Counted from the stretch's first letter, positions 16,604 to 25,006 are shown. The stretch is 32,000 nt of DNA from Synechococcus sp. A15-28 (GCF_014280175.1 NZ_CP047931.1:1260001-1292000); one strand, 5' to 3'. Program-made: numbers and translations. The notes: generated by a model from the sequence alone, not told the origin.

Positions 16604-16759
16604 TCAATACCGCGATTGCGGCAGGGTGAAACCGGATTGCATATGCCCGAAATCCAGCATCACGTACGTGAGCCAGATCAACAGGGCTGCAATGCCTGCC
16701 CCTGCGGCAACTTTCGCCATGGAGCGACCGATCATCTCCAGAAGGCTGACCTCTTTCAT
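16604..16759 (-). CDS. Small membrane protein (51 aa)
   Basis: MKEVSLLEMIGRSMAKVAAGAGIAALLIWLTYVMLDFGHMQSGFTLPQSRY*. Start uncertain; track gives 16861. Confidence 0.5.
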   Translation of the reverse strand: MKEVSLLEMIGRSMAKVAAGAGIAALLIWLTYVMLDFGHMQSGFTLPQSRY

Positions 16760-16872
16760 CGGGCGGCAATGACGACTTCCTGATTCTGCCTTGACTGGCT
16801 GCCTCACCGAGGCAATGCGACCCTCAAACAAAGTCCGATCGATCCATGCCACTGATTCCACGCTGGCGATAC

Positions 16873-17016
16873 ATGACGCCCCAAGCCCGTCAGCAGACCC
16901 GACGAGTGGCCATCGGCGCTGGAATTCTGGTGTTGGTCATTCTGCTGAAGCTGCCTCTGCCATGGGTGCTGTTGGCGGGGGCTGGTTGGTGGCTATGGGG
17001 CCAGCTGCAGCGATAA
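16873..17016 (+). CDS. Small membrane protein (47 aa)
   Basis: MTPQARQQTRRVAIGAGILVLVILLKLPLPWVLLAGAGWWLWGQLQR*; not in track. Confidence 0.5.
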   Translation: MTPQARQQTRRVAIGAGILVLVILLKLPLPWVLLAGAGWWLWGQLQR

Positions 17017-17043
17017 AAAAAGACCCCGCCGAAGGCAGGTCTT
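17015..17043 (-). terminator. Rho-independent terminator (minus strand)
   Basis: Minus strand reads AAGACC-TGCC-TTCG-GCGG-GGTCTT-TTTTT, downstream of the Hli gene. Confidence 0.75.
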
Positions 17044-17180
17044 GGCTCACCGGCGTGTGACCTTGTTTCCACGCCGGATGGCCTCCTCACATCTGAAATC
17101 TCGCGAACCCCAGGAGGTTGGGGAAGCGGGAGCGTGAAAGCAGGTCAACTGTCACAGTGACAGCTGACCGACCCCCTGGA

Positions 17181-17384
17181 TCAGCCGATCCCCAGCAACC
17201 CAAAGCCGATCTGGCTGGCAATGCCCTGACCGGTGATCAGCTCGGTGAGCAGCCCAATCAAAAAGCCGAGCATGGCGACACGCCCGTTGAGCAGCTCTGC
17301 GCGGTTCATGCGCTCAGACTGAATCTGGGCCTCTGCAGCATCCTGATACCAATCGTCGCGGGACTTGGGAGCGGAGTCAGCCAT
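17181..17384 (-). CDS. High-light-inducible / chlorophyll a-b-binding-like protein (Hli)
   Basis: 'ERMNRAELLNGRVAMLGFLIGLLTELITGQGIASQIG' is the Hli signature. Confidence 0.92.
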   Translation of the reverse strand: MADSAPKSRDDWYQDAAEAQIQSERMNRAELLNGRVAMLGFLIGLLTELITGQGIASQIGFGLLGIG

Positions 17385-17428
17385 GGTGCAACTCGAAAGT
17401 TACATAATGTTACGCCCTATTAACTGCT

Positions 17429-18067
17429 TCAGCAACAAACCGACTGGAGGAACTTGTGGACATGGTCAATCACCAGCTCCAGGTTCTGTTCCTCGCTTCG
17501 CCCCGATCGCTTGCGAGGGGTGAAGCTGTGATCCCCATCGGGAATCCACTGCAACCTGACGGCTGAACTCAAGCCATATCCGGGCACCTCCTCCACGCGG
17601 CCCATCGCATCGCGCTCACCTTGAACGATCAGGCAGGGAGCGGTCATCTCCACCAGATGCTGGGTCCGCAACTGTGCAGGCTTGCCCAGGGGGTGGAAGG
17701 GGTAGCCAAGACAAACTCCAGCTGCAACGGCTGAGATGTCGTGCAACTCGTCCAGAAGCAGGCTGGCGATCCGTCCCCCCATGGACTTGCCACCGATCAC
17801 CAGGGGTTGCACTGGTTTGAGCTGATCAATGGCGTCCCGAAAAGCGCCTAAAAGAACATCTGGTCGATCCGGGGGCGACGTTCGTCCCTTCAGCCTCCGT
17901 TTGACCATGTAAGGGAAATCAAAACGATGAACCCTCCAGTCGCGATCGGACAAGCCGTTCGCGATGAACTCCATAAACGGAGACAAAGCTTCGACTCCGG
18001 CCCCGTGGGCCAACAGCAACGATCCCGCCGCATGGACGGGACCGGAACTGATGAACTCAACCGGCAT
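17429..18067 (-). CDS. Alpha/beta hydrolase family protein
   Basis: 'LLLAHGAG', nucleophile-elbow-like 'VIGGKSMGGRIA', 'CLIVQGERDAMG', 'IPDGDHSF'. Start MPVEFISSG. Confidence 0.85.
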   Translation of the reverse strand: MPVEFISSGPVHAAGSLLLAHGAGVEALSPFMEFIANGLSDRDWRVHRFDFPYMVKRRLKGRTSPPDRPDVLLGAFRDAIDQLKPVQPLVIGGKSMGGRIASLLLDELHDISAVAAGVCLGYPFHPLGKPAQLRTQHLVEMTAPCLIVQGERDAMGRVEEVPGYGLSSAVRLQWIPDGDHSFTPRKRSGRSEEQNLELVIDHVHKFLQSVCC

Positions 18068-18074
18068 CAGGACT

Positions 18075-18575
18075 TCAACGAGTTGCTGCAGCCTCGGTAA
18101 TCGCTGGGGTTTTGGCAGCAAGGGCTTCCAGGGTCTCTTTGCTGTCAGCAGCGGGTGCCTCGAAGCGACGGGCAATCAATTCATCGATGGAGAACAGGCC
18201 AGGGCCGCAGGCGAGCACCGCAAGGGCGGCTGCAAAGTAGAGGCCCAGGAGCTCCAGCAGGTAGATGTTGAAACCGGCGGTCACGATGGCGTGGTAGATC
18301 GCAACCGTGATCGTTCCAGCAATGGCCATCGCGCCCATGCGGGTCAGCAGACCGGTGATCAGCAGCCAGCTGCCGATCACCTCCGAGAAAGCCGCCACGT
18401 AGGACAGCAGGATGGGGAAGGGCAGATGTAGAGGACGCACGAAGGCGTCAGCAAAATTTTCAATATTGGCAAGCTTTTCGTAACCGTGATGGATCAGCAG
18501 GGATCCGGTGAACACACGGAGAAGCAGGAGGCCCAGGTCGGCCGCGATGGCGCGGGTTAGGACGAGTCGGATCAT
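18075..18575 (-). CDS. DoxX-family membrane protein
   Basis: 'RVFTGSLLIHHGYEKLANIENFADAFVRPLHLPFPILLSYVAAFSEVIGSWLLITGLLTRMGAMAIAGTI'. Confidence 0.87.
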   Translation of the reverse strand: MIRLVLTRAIAADLGLLLLRVFTGSLLIHHGYEKLANIENFADAFVRPLHLPFPILLSYVAAFSEVIGSWLLITGLLTRMGAMAIAGTITVAIYHAIVTAGFNIYLLELLGLYFAAALAVLACGPGLFSIDELIARRFEAPAADSKETLEALAAKTPAITEAAATR

Positions 18576-18596
18576 CGGGGCCGAACATGAAACCGA

Positions 18597-18616
18597 CAAA
18601 AGTTAATGAACTTTTG
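18597..18616. repeat. Perfect inverted repeat (8-bp arms, 4-nt loop)
   Basis: CAAAAGTT - AATG - AACTTTTG just upstream of the DoxX gene. Confidence 0.7.
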
Positions 18617-18674
18617 CGTCCAACCGCGCCGCTTGCGGGGGGCAGAGAGCTTTTTGAGTATTTTTACCTAAACG

Positions 18675-18992
18675 TCAGTCGACGTCGTCCAGCCTCTCGT
18701 TGTGCTCCTTCTGCATTTCGACCATCTCAGCGCAGGTCAGGGCCGGTGCGTACTCGAAATCGAGTCCGAACATGGACCGCCAGAACATGAAATGACGGAA
18801 CAGGGCCTTGGCATCGGCGGCCTTGCAGATCACGCAAACCCGTCCGGACTCCGGCATGTGCAGCCGAGCCACCAGTTCGAAACCGTCGAACTTGTCCCCC
18901 GCAGCACCGGAATCCATGTATTCGATGAAAGCCGTGTAGCCCTCATCCTGCGTTTCAGTCGGGATCTGCCCGTTGCAGACGTAGTACTGCAT
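18675..18992 (-). CDS. DUF3303-like protein
   Basis: MQYYVCNGQIP...FIEYMDSGAAGDKFDGFELVARLHMPESGRVCVICKAADAKALFRHFMFWRSMFGLDFEYAPALTCAEM... Confidence 0.6.
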   Translation of the reverse strand: MQYYVCNGQIPTETQDEGYTAFIEYMDSGAAGDKFDGFELVARLHMPESGRVCVICKAADAKALFRHFMFWRSMFGLDFEYAPALTCAEMVEMQKEHNERLDDVD

Positions 18993-19026
18993 GTTTTTTC
19001 AGATAAGGGTCGTGAACAGGTCCGGC

Positions 19027-19245
19027 TTAGTCGTCGTAAACCAGGCACTCAGGCTCATCGGGGTTCTGCTCACAGAACAATTCGAGCGGTGATGGATCGT
19101 GGCTGTCGTTGGGGAATTGCTTCTTGTGATCCAGCAACCACTGCAGCTCTTCGGTGAGATGGCGCACCTTTCCCTCGTTGTGCTCCGAGAGGGCTTTCAG
19201 GAATTCCTCCTGATCCTTCTGGATGTGTTCGTCGATGGTTTTCAT
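19027..19245 (-). CDS. CP12-like protein (C-terminal Cys pair only)
   Basis: MKTIDEHIQKDQEEFLKALSEHNEGKVRHLTEELQWLLDHKKQFPNDSHDPSPLELFCEQNPDEPECLVYDD*. Confidence 0.8.
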   Translation of the reverse strand: MKTIDEHIQKDQEEFLKALSEHNEGKVRHLTEELQWLLDHKKQFPNDSHDPSPLELFCEQNPDEPECLVYDD

Positions 19246-19431
19246 GGTTGAGGGCAGGCCTGACGACCACTGCGTCGTAGCGGGGCAACCACCGCTGAAT
19301 CAGTCGGTATTTCTACCTTTATTGCCGAAAGCACACATGCTCACCACCGAGCAGGCGATCAAGTCTCGTAACACATCAGTAGCCAGGTCATGGCAGAGCA
19401 TCGAGAGTCGGTTTGACAAAACACAGCTCCT

Positions 19432-19590
19432 ATGCCTCTCAATGAACGGGTCGTGCTGACGGGAGCAATTCTGTTCGGCCTCGGACTTGTGGCAGGAATC
19501 GCCATTGGTTCGGCCACGGCCGTGTCGGCCCTCACCCAGGGCGCACCTGATGCCCTGCAGAGCTGGTCCGGCGTCGTCGCAATGCCCTGA
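19432..19590 (+). CDS. Small single-TM protein (52 aa)
   Basis: MPLNERVVLTGAILFGLGLVAGIAIGSATAVSALTQGAPDALQSWSGVVAMP*; not in track. Confidence 0.45.
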   Translation: MPLNERVVLTGAILFGLGLVAGIAIGSATAVSALTQGAPDALQSWSGVVAMP

Positions 19591-19596
19591 CGGCAG

Positions 19597-20112
19597 TCAG
19601 ATCAGAGCAAGAGGTCGCGGCTGATCCACCGACCGGCAGTTGTGGTCATCGTCATTGGTGGTCCGCAATTCGAGGTTGAAAAACAGTGCGGATGGCGTGG
19701 TGAGAAAAGGGCCGGCATGCCAGGTGCCGCGGTGCAGCTTGATCCCCTCCCCCGGAAGCAGCTTCACCAGCAACACCTGATCAGACGCAACCGCACCGTC
19801 TGCGCCAGGGGGGCCGGGAGGGGCAACGGCCAGCCACCACGGCTGAGCATCGGCTGACCCCAGACATTGACTCACGCGCTGGTGTGAGGTCATGGCCGCC
19901 AACACCGGAGGCCTACGACGGAGACGCATCAGGTAGAAGCGTGGATCCCCGTCAGGATCGAAATGAAGTTCGGCGTCCTGGGGGCCGAAGGGAGAAGGAT
20001 CGTCCTGAGGCAGCAGAAGGCTGCCGCAGCTGGCAAAGCGCGGGTCGTCGGGACGGACCGGCTGAAGGGCAGTCGCTGAACCTCGATAACCAGAGTTAAC
20101 GGGATCCGACAC
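19597..20112 (-). CDS. Ureidoglycolate lyase (AllA)-like protein
   Basis: 'VLLVKLLPGEGIKLHRGTWHAGPF...ALFFNLELRTTNDDDHNCRSV' is the AllA-family core. Confidence 0.75.
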   Translation of the reverse strand: MSDPVNSGYRGSATALQPVRPDDPRFASCGSLLLPQDDPSPFGPQDAELHFDPDGDPRFYLMRLRRRPPVLAAMTSHQRVSQCLGSADAQPWWLAVAPPGPPGADGAVASDQVLLVKLLPGEGIKLHRGTWHAGPFLTTPSALFFNLELRTTNDDDHNCRSVDQPRPLALI

Positions 20113-20266
20113 TGATGCTCCCGACGCTGATCAATTGCTCGAGACGCGCGCTGAGCTTCTGCTCGGTGCGATCAAAGTGATCGTGATGACCCGCCATGAA
20201 GGCAAGCTCCTCACTGGTGATCACCTGATGGGTGACCGCATCCAGGTAGATCTGGACTAAGGACAT
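20096..20266 (-). CDS. Small hypothetical protein, family A copy 1
   Basis: MSLVQIYLDAVTHQVITSEELAFMAGHHDHFDRTEQKLSARLEQLISVGSISVGSR*; similar to 24824..25006. Confidence 0.62.
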   Translation of the reverse strand: MSLVQIYLDAVTHQVITSEELAFMAGHHDHFDRTEQKLSARLEQLISVGSISVGSR

Positions 20267-20342
20267 CACTACGGCGGCGCTAGAGATCAATCCTGGCAAC
20301 AACGCACAGGATCCGGAGGCGTCCGCCAACACCGACAACGCC

Positions 20343-20840
20343 ATGGAACGCTCTCAAATCCAGAGCCTGATCAAGCAATGCGCCAACGGGCTGTTCGACC
20401 TCGCCTGTGCCGTGAGCGGTCGCGTGAACTGGGATCTGGGACTGCCCGTGGGGGTGATCGATGCCAGGCGCAACACCCCGAAACTGATGGTCACTCCAGT
20501 GGGCACCATCAACTCGATGGTGCGGGCATCCGCCACCATCGGCCATCCTCTGATGCGGCAGTTCTTCGAGCGGATGGAGGCGGTGGGCGTGGATCAGGCG
20601 TTGAATGAGTCCATCGGAGGGGCCGACGCCGATGCCTTTGCCGAGGTCTGGCAGGCCTACAAGGAGGAGCGCCGCCAGGGCGACGCTCCGATGTGGAGCA
20701 TGGAGGACGCCACCGACTTCGTCATGAAAACCCGAGAAGCCCACAGCGACCGGGAAGTGGCCTGCGTCGCGATTCTTCCGGGGGACCCCCATGAAATCGT
20801 CACCTTTTCCGTGCCGATCGCCTTCCTCACACAAGGGTGA
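20343..20840 (+). CDS. Hypothetical protein (165 aa)
   Basis: MERSQIQSLIKQCANGLFDLACAVSGRVNWDLGLPVGVIDARRNTPKLMVTPVGTINSMVRASATIGHPLMRQFFERM... Confidence 0.75.
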   Translation: MERSQIQSLIKQCANGLFDLACAVSGRVNWDLGLPVGVIDARRNTPKLMVTPVGTINSMVRASATIGHPLMRQFFERMEAVGVDQALNESIGGADADAFAEVWQAYKEERRQGDAPMWSMEDATDFVMKTREAHSDREVACVAILPGDPHEIVTFSVPIAFLTQG

Positions 20841-20843
20841 ACA

Positions 20844-21608
20844 ATGCCCACGCTGATCGTTCTCACCGTGATCGCGGTGGTTGCCAACGCTCTATCGGCG
20901 TTTGCAGGTGGCGGGGCGGGCCTGGTGCAGTTGCCGGCATTGGTCTTGCTCGGACTGCCATTCGCATCAGCCCTCGCCACCCACAAGGTGGCCAGTGTTG
21001 CCCTGGGGATCGGCGCCGCAGGACGCCACTGGCGGGCCAGCAGCCTGAACCGGAATCTTTCAGCCCTGGTCCTGCTGGCTGGACTGCCCGGTGTCTGGCT
21101 CGGCGCCAACGCTGTTCTGTCCATCCCAGACAATGTCGCGACTGCAGCTCTGGGGTTGCTCACCGTTGGGCTTGGTCTGTATTCAGCGCGCCGGTCTGAG
21201 TTGGGCCGAACGGACAACACCACGCCTCTGACCCAAAGAACCGTTGTTATCGGAGCTGCGGTGCTGTTTGTGATCGGCCTGCTGAATGGATCGCTCACCT
21301 CGGGGACTGGACTGTTCGTGACCCTTTGGCTGGTCCGCTGGTTCGGGTTGAGCTACTCCCGAGCCGTCGCCCACACCCTGATCCTTGTTGGCCTGGGTTG
21401 GAACGGCAGTGGGGCGCTGGTTCTGGGATTCAGCGGCGAGATTCACTGGCCATGGCTGCCAGCGCTGATCGCAGGATCCCTGATCGGTGGCTACCTCGGA
21501 GCGCATCTGTCATTGGTCAGGGGAAGCGGGATGGTGAAACGAGCCTTTGAAGCTCTGGCCCTGCTGATGGGCGCATCACTGCTGATCCGTGCTTTCAGTC
21601 CGGTCTGA
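20844..21608 (+). CDS. TSUP (TauE/SafE) family permease
   Basis: 'NALSAFAGGGAGLVQLPALVLLGLPFASALATHKVASVALGIGA...GLLNGSLTSGTGLFVTLWLVRWFGLSYSRAVAHTLI'. Confidence 0.88.
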   Translation: MPTLIVLTVIAVVANALSAFAGGGAGLVQLPALVLLGLPFASALATHKVASVALGIGAAGRHWRASSLNRNLSALVLLAGLPGVWLGANAVLSIPDNVATAALGLLTVGLGLYSARRSELGRTDNTTPLTQRTVVIGAAVLFVIGLLNGSLTSGTGLFVTLWLVRWFGLSYSRAVAHTLILVGLGWNGSGALVLGFSGEIHWPWLPALIAGSLIGGYLGAHLSLVRGSGMVKRAFEALALLMGASLLIRAFSPV

Positions 21609-21833
21609 ACTCTGCTGATCACCAGAAGCGAGGAATCGACCGGCGTATCGCGTGGCCATCACCACGGTTGCCGCTCCGTAGCCAATGAAGGTGACCGCTT
21701 GACCTGACGTGCCGGTCTCGTACACCTCTCCGGTGAGCAGCATCCAGTCCATGAGAGAGGCAACGGTGCCCCAGATCACCACCCAGACCGACACATAGGT
21801 GATTCCTCGCAGTGTCGTCTTCATGCTGGTCAT
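21576..21833 (-). CDS. Small membrane protein (85 aa)
   Basis: MTSMKTTLRGITYVSVWVVIWGTVASLMDWMLLTGEVYETGTSGQAVTFIGYGAATVVMATRYAGRFLASG...; start chosen internally. Confidence 0.6.
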   Translation of the reverse strand: MTSMKTTLRGITYVSVWVVIWGTVASLMDWMLLTGEVYETGTSGQAVTFIGYGAATVVMATRYAGRFLASGDQQSSDRTESTDQQ

Positions 21834-21865
21834 TGCTGCTCCGGAGAGGCTAGAGAAGCAGCCCC

Positions 21866-22408
21866 ATGGGTCAGACCCCGTTGTCGCGCTCTTTCCACGC
21901 CGCCCTGGTTCCACCCCTGGTGAAGAACCTCAGCAACCTCAGCCACCTGCTGAAACGGGCCGACGCCCATGCTCAGGACAACGGCTTCCCGACTGAGGTG
22001 TTGCTGACGAGTCGCCTCTACCCAGACATGTTCGATTGCACACGTCAGGTGCAGATCGCCACCGACATCTCCCGCCGGGGCGTGGCACGACTCTCGGGGT
22101 GCGAGGCCCCTGTGATGGACGACAACGAAACGACCGTGCAGCAACTGCTGGAGCGCATCAGCCGAAGCGTCCAATTCATGGAAAGCGTCGACCCGATGAC
22201 CCTTGACGGAGCCGAACAGAGACAGATCCGACTCCCCATCCCAGCGAGCATGGGAGGTGGTGAGCGGGTGTTTGAAGGTGAGGACTTTCTGCGGTCCTTT
22301 GTGCTCCCGAATGCGTATTTCCACGTCAGCACCGCCTTCGCCATCCTTCGCCACAACGGAGTGCCGATCGGGAAATTCGATTACCTCCTGGGCGAGGAAG
22401 CTCCCTGA
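21866..22408 (+). CDS. DUF1993-family protein
   Basis: 'NLSNLLKRADAHA'-like helix (NLSHLLKRADAHAQDNG), 'LLTSRLYPDMFDCTRQVQIATD', 'NAYFHVSTAFAILRHNGVPIGKFDYL'. Confidence 0.82.
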   Translation: MGQTPLSRSFHAALVPPLVKNLSNLSHLLKRADAHAQDNGFPTEVLLTSRLYPDMFDCTRQVQIATDISRRGVARLSGCEAPVMDDNETTVQQLLERISRSVQFMESVDPMTLDGAEQRQIRLPIPASMGGGERVFEGEDFLRSFVLPNAYFHVSTAFAILRHNGVPIGKFDYLLGEEAP

Positions 22409-22451
22409 CGAGCAGCTGCTCCCGTAGCCTCAGCCAGCTACGGACGAGGAG

Positions 22452-22721
22452 ATGCCGAAGAAGCGCCGCAAGCTGAACAAGGAGATGGAAGCCGACATGG
22501 CGGCCGCGAAGCGAAAGATCGAACTGATCTCAGCGCTGATTAACGACATCCGCGACGAGGACATCCAGGGGGAATACCTGGAAGCTTTTGGGCAGGTTCG
22601 ATCAGCGGTGGTGAATCTTGTGGCCAAGTACACCACCGATGGCTTCTGCGAGGAAACCGAAGGCCTTCTTGCTCTCTATAAAGGCCTGATCGATCAGTTC
22701 GAAGCGGACTACGAGCTCTGA
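22452..22721 (+). CDS. Hypothetical protein (89 aa)
   Basis: MPKKRRKLNKEMEADMAAAKRKIELISALINDIRDEDIQGEYLEAFGQVRSAVVNLVAKYTTDGFCEETEGLLALYKGLIDQFEADYEL*. Confidence 0.62.
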   Translation: MPKKRRKLNKEMEADMAAAKRKIELISALINDIRDEDIQGEYLEAFGQVRSAVVNLVAKYTTDGFCEETEGLLALYKGLIDQFEADYEL

Positions 22722-22828
22722 AGACAGGGCTCTGGGGACCTCTGCAACAAGCCGACCAGAACATCGATCCAGGACAGACCGACATAATTTCTTTAACTAA
22801 GGGATAATTACCGATCCAGTTCAGAACC

Positions 22829-22954
22829 ATGCCCCTACGGCACGACAAAGCTCAGGTTTCACCGTTTCGCCTGAAGATCACGCTGCTGATCGCCGGCTTC
22901 GGCCCCCTGATCGCCATCGGTTTCTGGCTGCAGTCCAAAGGATTTTTCAGCTGA
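22829..22954 (+). CDS. Small single-TM protein (41 aa)
   Basis: MPLRHDKAQVSPFRLKITLLIAGFGPLIAIGFWLQSKGFFS*, directly upstream of the beta-barrel gene; not in track. Confidence 0.45.
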   Translation: MPLRHDKAQVSPFRLKITLLIAGFGPLIAIGFWLQSKGFFS

Positions 22955-22956
22955 GC

Positions 22957-23856
22957 ATGGCCCTGCGCTCCCTCCCTGTCGTTCTGACCGCTGCGCTTCT
23001 TGCTGCTCCAGCTGCAGTGGCAGAAACGGTCCAGCTCACACTCCTTAATGGCGACACCATCAATGCCGAGCTGGTTCCCGAGGAAAGCACTGATGAGGTG
23101 AAGGTGCTGGTGCATCCCCAACTCGGACGTCTGGAGGTGAGCCAGGACGCCATCAAGCCTGTCGAGAAGCCCCCCGCCTGGACGTCGACGATTTCAGGAG
23201 GCATCAACGCCGGCAATAAAGATGGAGATGGAACCTTTACAGCCAACATCAGCGGCACCAGCAACTACAAAAGTGACACCGACAGGTTGAAGATCCAAGC
23301 TGGCTTGAACTACAGCAAAAACAACGACAAGGGAAAACCGACTGAAGTCAAAACCGATAAGGGAATGGCAAACATTCGCTATGACCGCTTCCTGAACAAG
23401 ACAGTCACTCTTTACGCGAAAAGCGACTATCAATACAACGGCTTGAATGATACCGGCGTCAACGTGGTCGAAGGCTCAGTCGGTGTCGGCTTTCCTCTGA
23501 TCAACACCGAAACAACAACATTCTCGCTCTCACTTGGACCTGCATTGCATTGGAACGAGGGAGGCAATGATTGCAGCAGCGACGAGTACTGCGGAAACAC
23601 CTACGCAGGTGGCAGCTTCATCACCGCACTCAGCTGGGCTCCGAACAAATCGTTCAAGTTCAATATTGATAACACCCTGTCGGCCATGGCGGCTGATGAA
23701 ATCAAGCCGACGAATATATTCAGTGCCGCGGTCAAGTTCTTTCCGTCCTTCGACAGCGGTTTGTTCACCTCCCTTAAGTTTGTATCCACATACAACAGCA
23801 TGACTACACCCGAAAGCGATAACCGCATCACCGGCCAGGTGGGCTTCGAGTTCTAA
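22957..23856 (+). CDS. DUF481-like outer-membrane beta-barrel protein
   Basis: Signal peptide 'MALRSLPVVLTAALLAAPAAVAE', 'LNGDTINAELVPE', alternating beta strands, C-terminal 'ITGQVGFEF' ending in Phe. Confidence 0.8.
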   Translation: MALRSLPVVLTAALLAAPAAVAETVQLTLLNGDTINAELVPEESTDEVKVLVHPQLGRLEVSQDAIKPVEKPPAWTSTISGGINAGNKDGDGTFTANISGTSNYKSDTDRLKIQAGLNYSKNNDKGKPTEVKTDKGMANIRYDRFLNKTVTLYAKSDYQYNGLNDTGVNVVEGSVGVGFPLINTETTTFSLSLGPALHWNEGGNDCSSDEYCGNTYAGGSFITALSWAPNKSFKFNIDNTLSAMAADEIKPTNIFSAAVKFFPSFDSGLFTSLKFVSTYNSMTTPESDNRITGQVGFEF

Positions 23857-23859
23857 TCC

Positions 23860-24294
23860 ATGATTCATCCACCCCTTGATACCAAAGCTCTCCGTAGGCT
23901 ATTCACCAAACCCTATGGAGAGCCGGGTCCAACACCCGATCAATGGAGAGCGGTCTACGCCGAGGACGTTCACTTCATCGATCCAACCCAGGAACGGCAG
24001 GGTATTGAGGCTTACATCAAGGCGCAGGATGGATTGATTCAGCGGTGCGACGACGTCTTCCTCGAAACAAGCAATGTCTCCATCACTGGGGAGCTTGCCT
24101 TCGTGGAATGGCGAATGGGCCTCAAAATCAAGGGTGTGGAGTTCATCTACCCAGGGACCACTCGTCTTGTCTTTGGGGACGACGGCCGCATTGTCAAGCA
24201 CCGGGACTACTTTGACTTTGTCGGTCCCACCTTTGGCCCGGTTCCAATTCTTGGGTCGCTGACGCGCTGGATTTACGAACGATTCGTATCTTGA
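23860..24294 (+). CDS. SnoaL-like / NTF2-fold protein
   Basis: 'WRAVYAEDVHFIDPTQERQGIEAYIKAQDGL...GRIVKHRDYFDF'. Confidence 0.75.
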   Translation: MIHPPLDTKALRRLFTKPYGEPGPTPDQWRAVYAEDVHFIDPTQERQGIEAYIKAQDGLIQRCDDVFLETSNVSITGELAFVEWRMGLKIKGVEFIYPGTTRLVFGDDGRIVKHRDYFDFVGPTFGPVPILGSLTRWIYERFVS

Positions 24295-24350
24295 CTTGTC
24301 CCCCACATTCGTAACTGTTGGGTAATGATGTTGATGAACTTCATTACCCG

Positions 24351-24515
24351 ATGGACCACGAGCTCGACAAGGTAATCGCCTGGATCGATGACAGGGATGC
24401 TGAAGCTGAGCAGTGGCTCAATGAGCAGGCGGCTGAGCGTTTTAACCTGCGCGCCGAATCAGAGATGAGCGACTACATCCAAACCATTCTCTCGTCGGAC
24501 CTGCTGCCTGACTGA
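24351..24515 (+). CDS. Hypothetical protein (54 aa)
   Basis: MDHELDKVIAWIDDRDAEAEQWLNEQAAERFNLRAESEMSDYIQTILSSDLLPD*; track start 24318 thought too early. Confidence 0.45.
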   Translation: MDHELDKVIAWIDDRDAEAEQWLNEQAAERFNLRAESEMSDYIQTILSSDLLPD

Positions 24516-24823
24516 GGCGGCAAATCCACGACGGCACAACAACTTGCGTCGTTGCTGCCTGCAAGGGTCATCTCAACGGATGCGCTAACGGGCAAGTCGT
24601 CATCGCGCTGAACCATTCAAAGACGGCTCCATGCCTTGACGAAGGATTTGCTCAACTCCACCGCATCCATCCAGCCACCGGAGATCTCCTGAACCAGGTC
24701 AGGCACGCCATGAAGGTTCAATCCAATGGACAGTCCACACGGTCCCGTGGTGTGAAGAAAGTTGAGAAGGCCGTGCAGCCTCCCTTCAGCGGCTTCAACG
24801 TCTGATCAGCAGCAACCAGTCGC

Positions 24824-25006
24824 ATGACCCTCGGAACACTCTTCCTGGAAGCGATGTCAACTGGTGTGATCACCAAAGGCGAAATGGCATGGATCACCGT
24901 GCATCAGAGTGAGTTCAACCGGACGGAAGAAGCGGTCGCTCTACGCCTGGGCCGGCTCATCGATGAAGGCAGCATTCAAATGGGATGCCGTATGCCAATG
25001 AAATGA
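24824..25006 (+). CDS. Small hypothetical protein, family A copy 2
   Basis: MTLGTLFLEAMSTGVITKGEMAWITVHQSEFNRTEEAVALRLGRLIDEGSIQMGCRMPMK*; similar to 20096..20266. Confidence 0.65.
   Translation: MTLGTLFLEAMSTGVITKGEMAWITVHQSEFNRTEEAVALRLGRLIDEGSIQMGCRMPMK

Noticed and set aside
21834-21865. Very short divergent intergenic region between the small membrane gene and the DUF1993 gene
   Set aside because: Apparent 32-bp divergent promoter may be an artefact of start-codon choice on either side; no motif seen.
24617-24805. Minus-strand start-less frame SDVEAAEGRLHGLLNFLHTTGPCGLSIGLNLHGVPDLVQEISGGWMDAVELSKSFVKAWSRL*
   Set aside because: Mildly protein-like but has no standard start and no independent support; could be a gene remnant or chance. 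Weaker than the 5428..5628 case.
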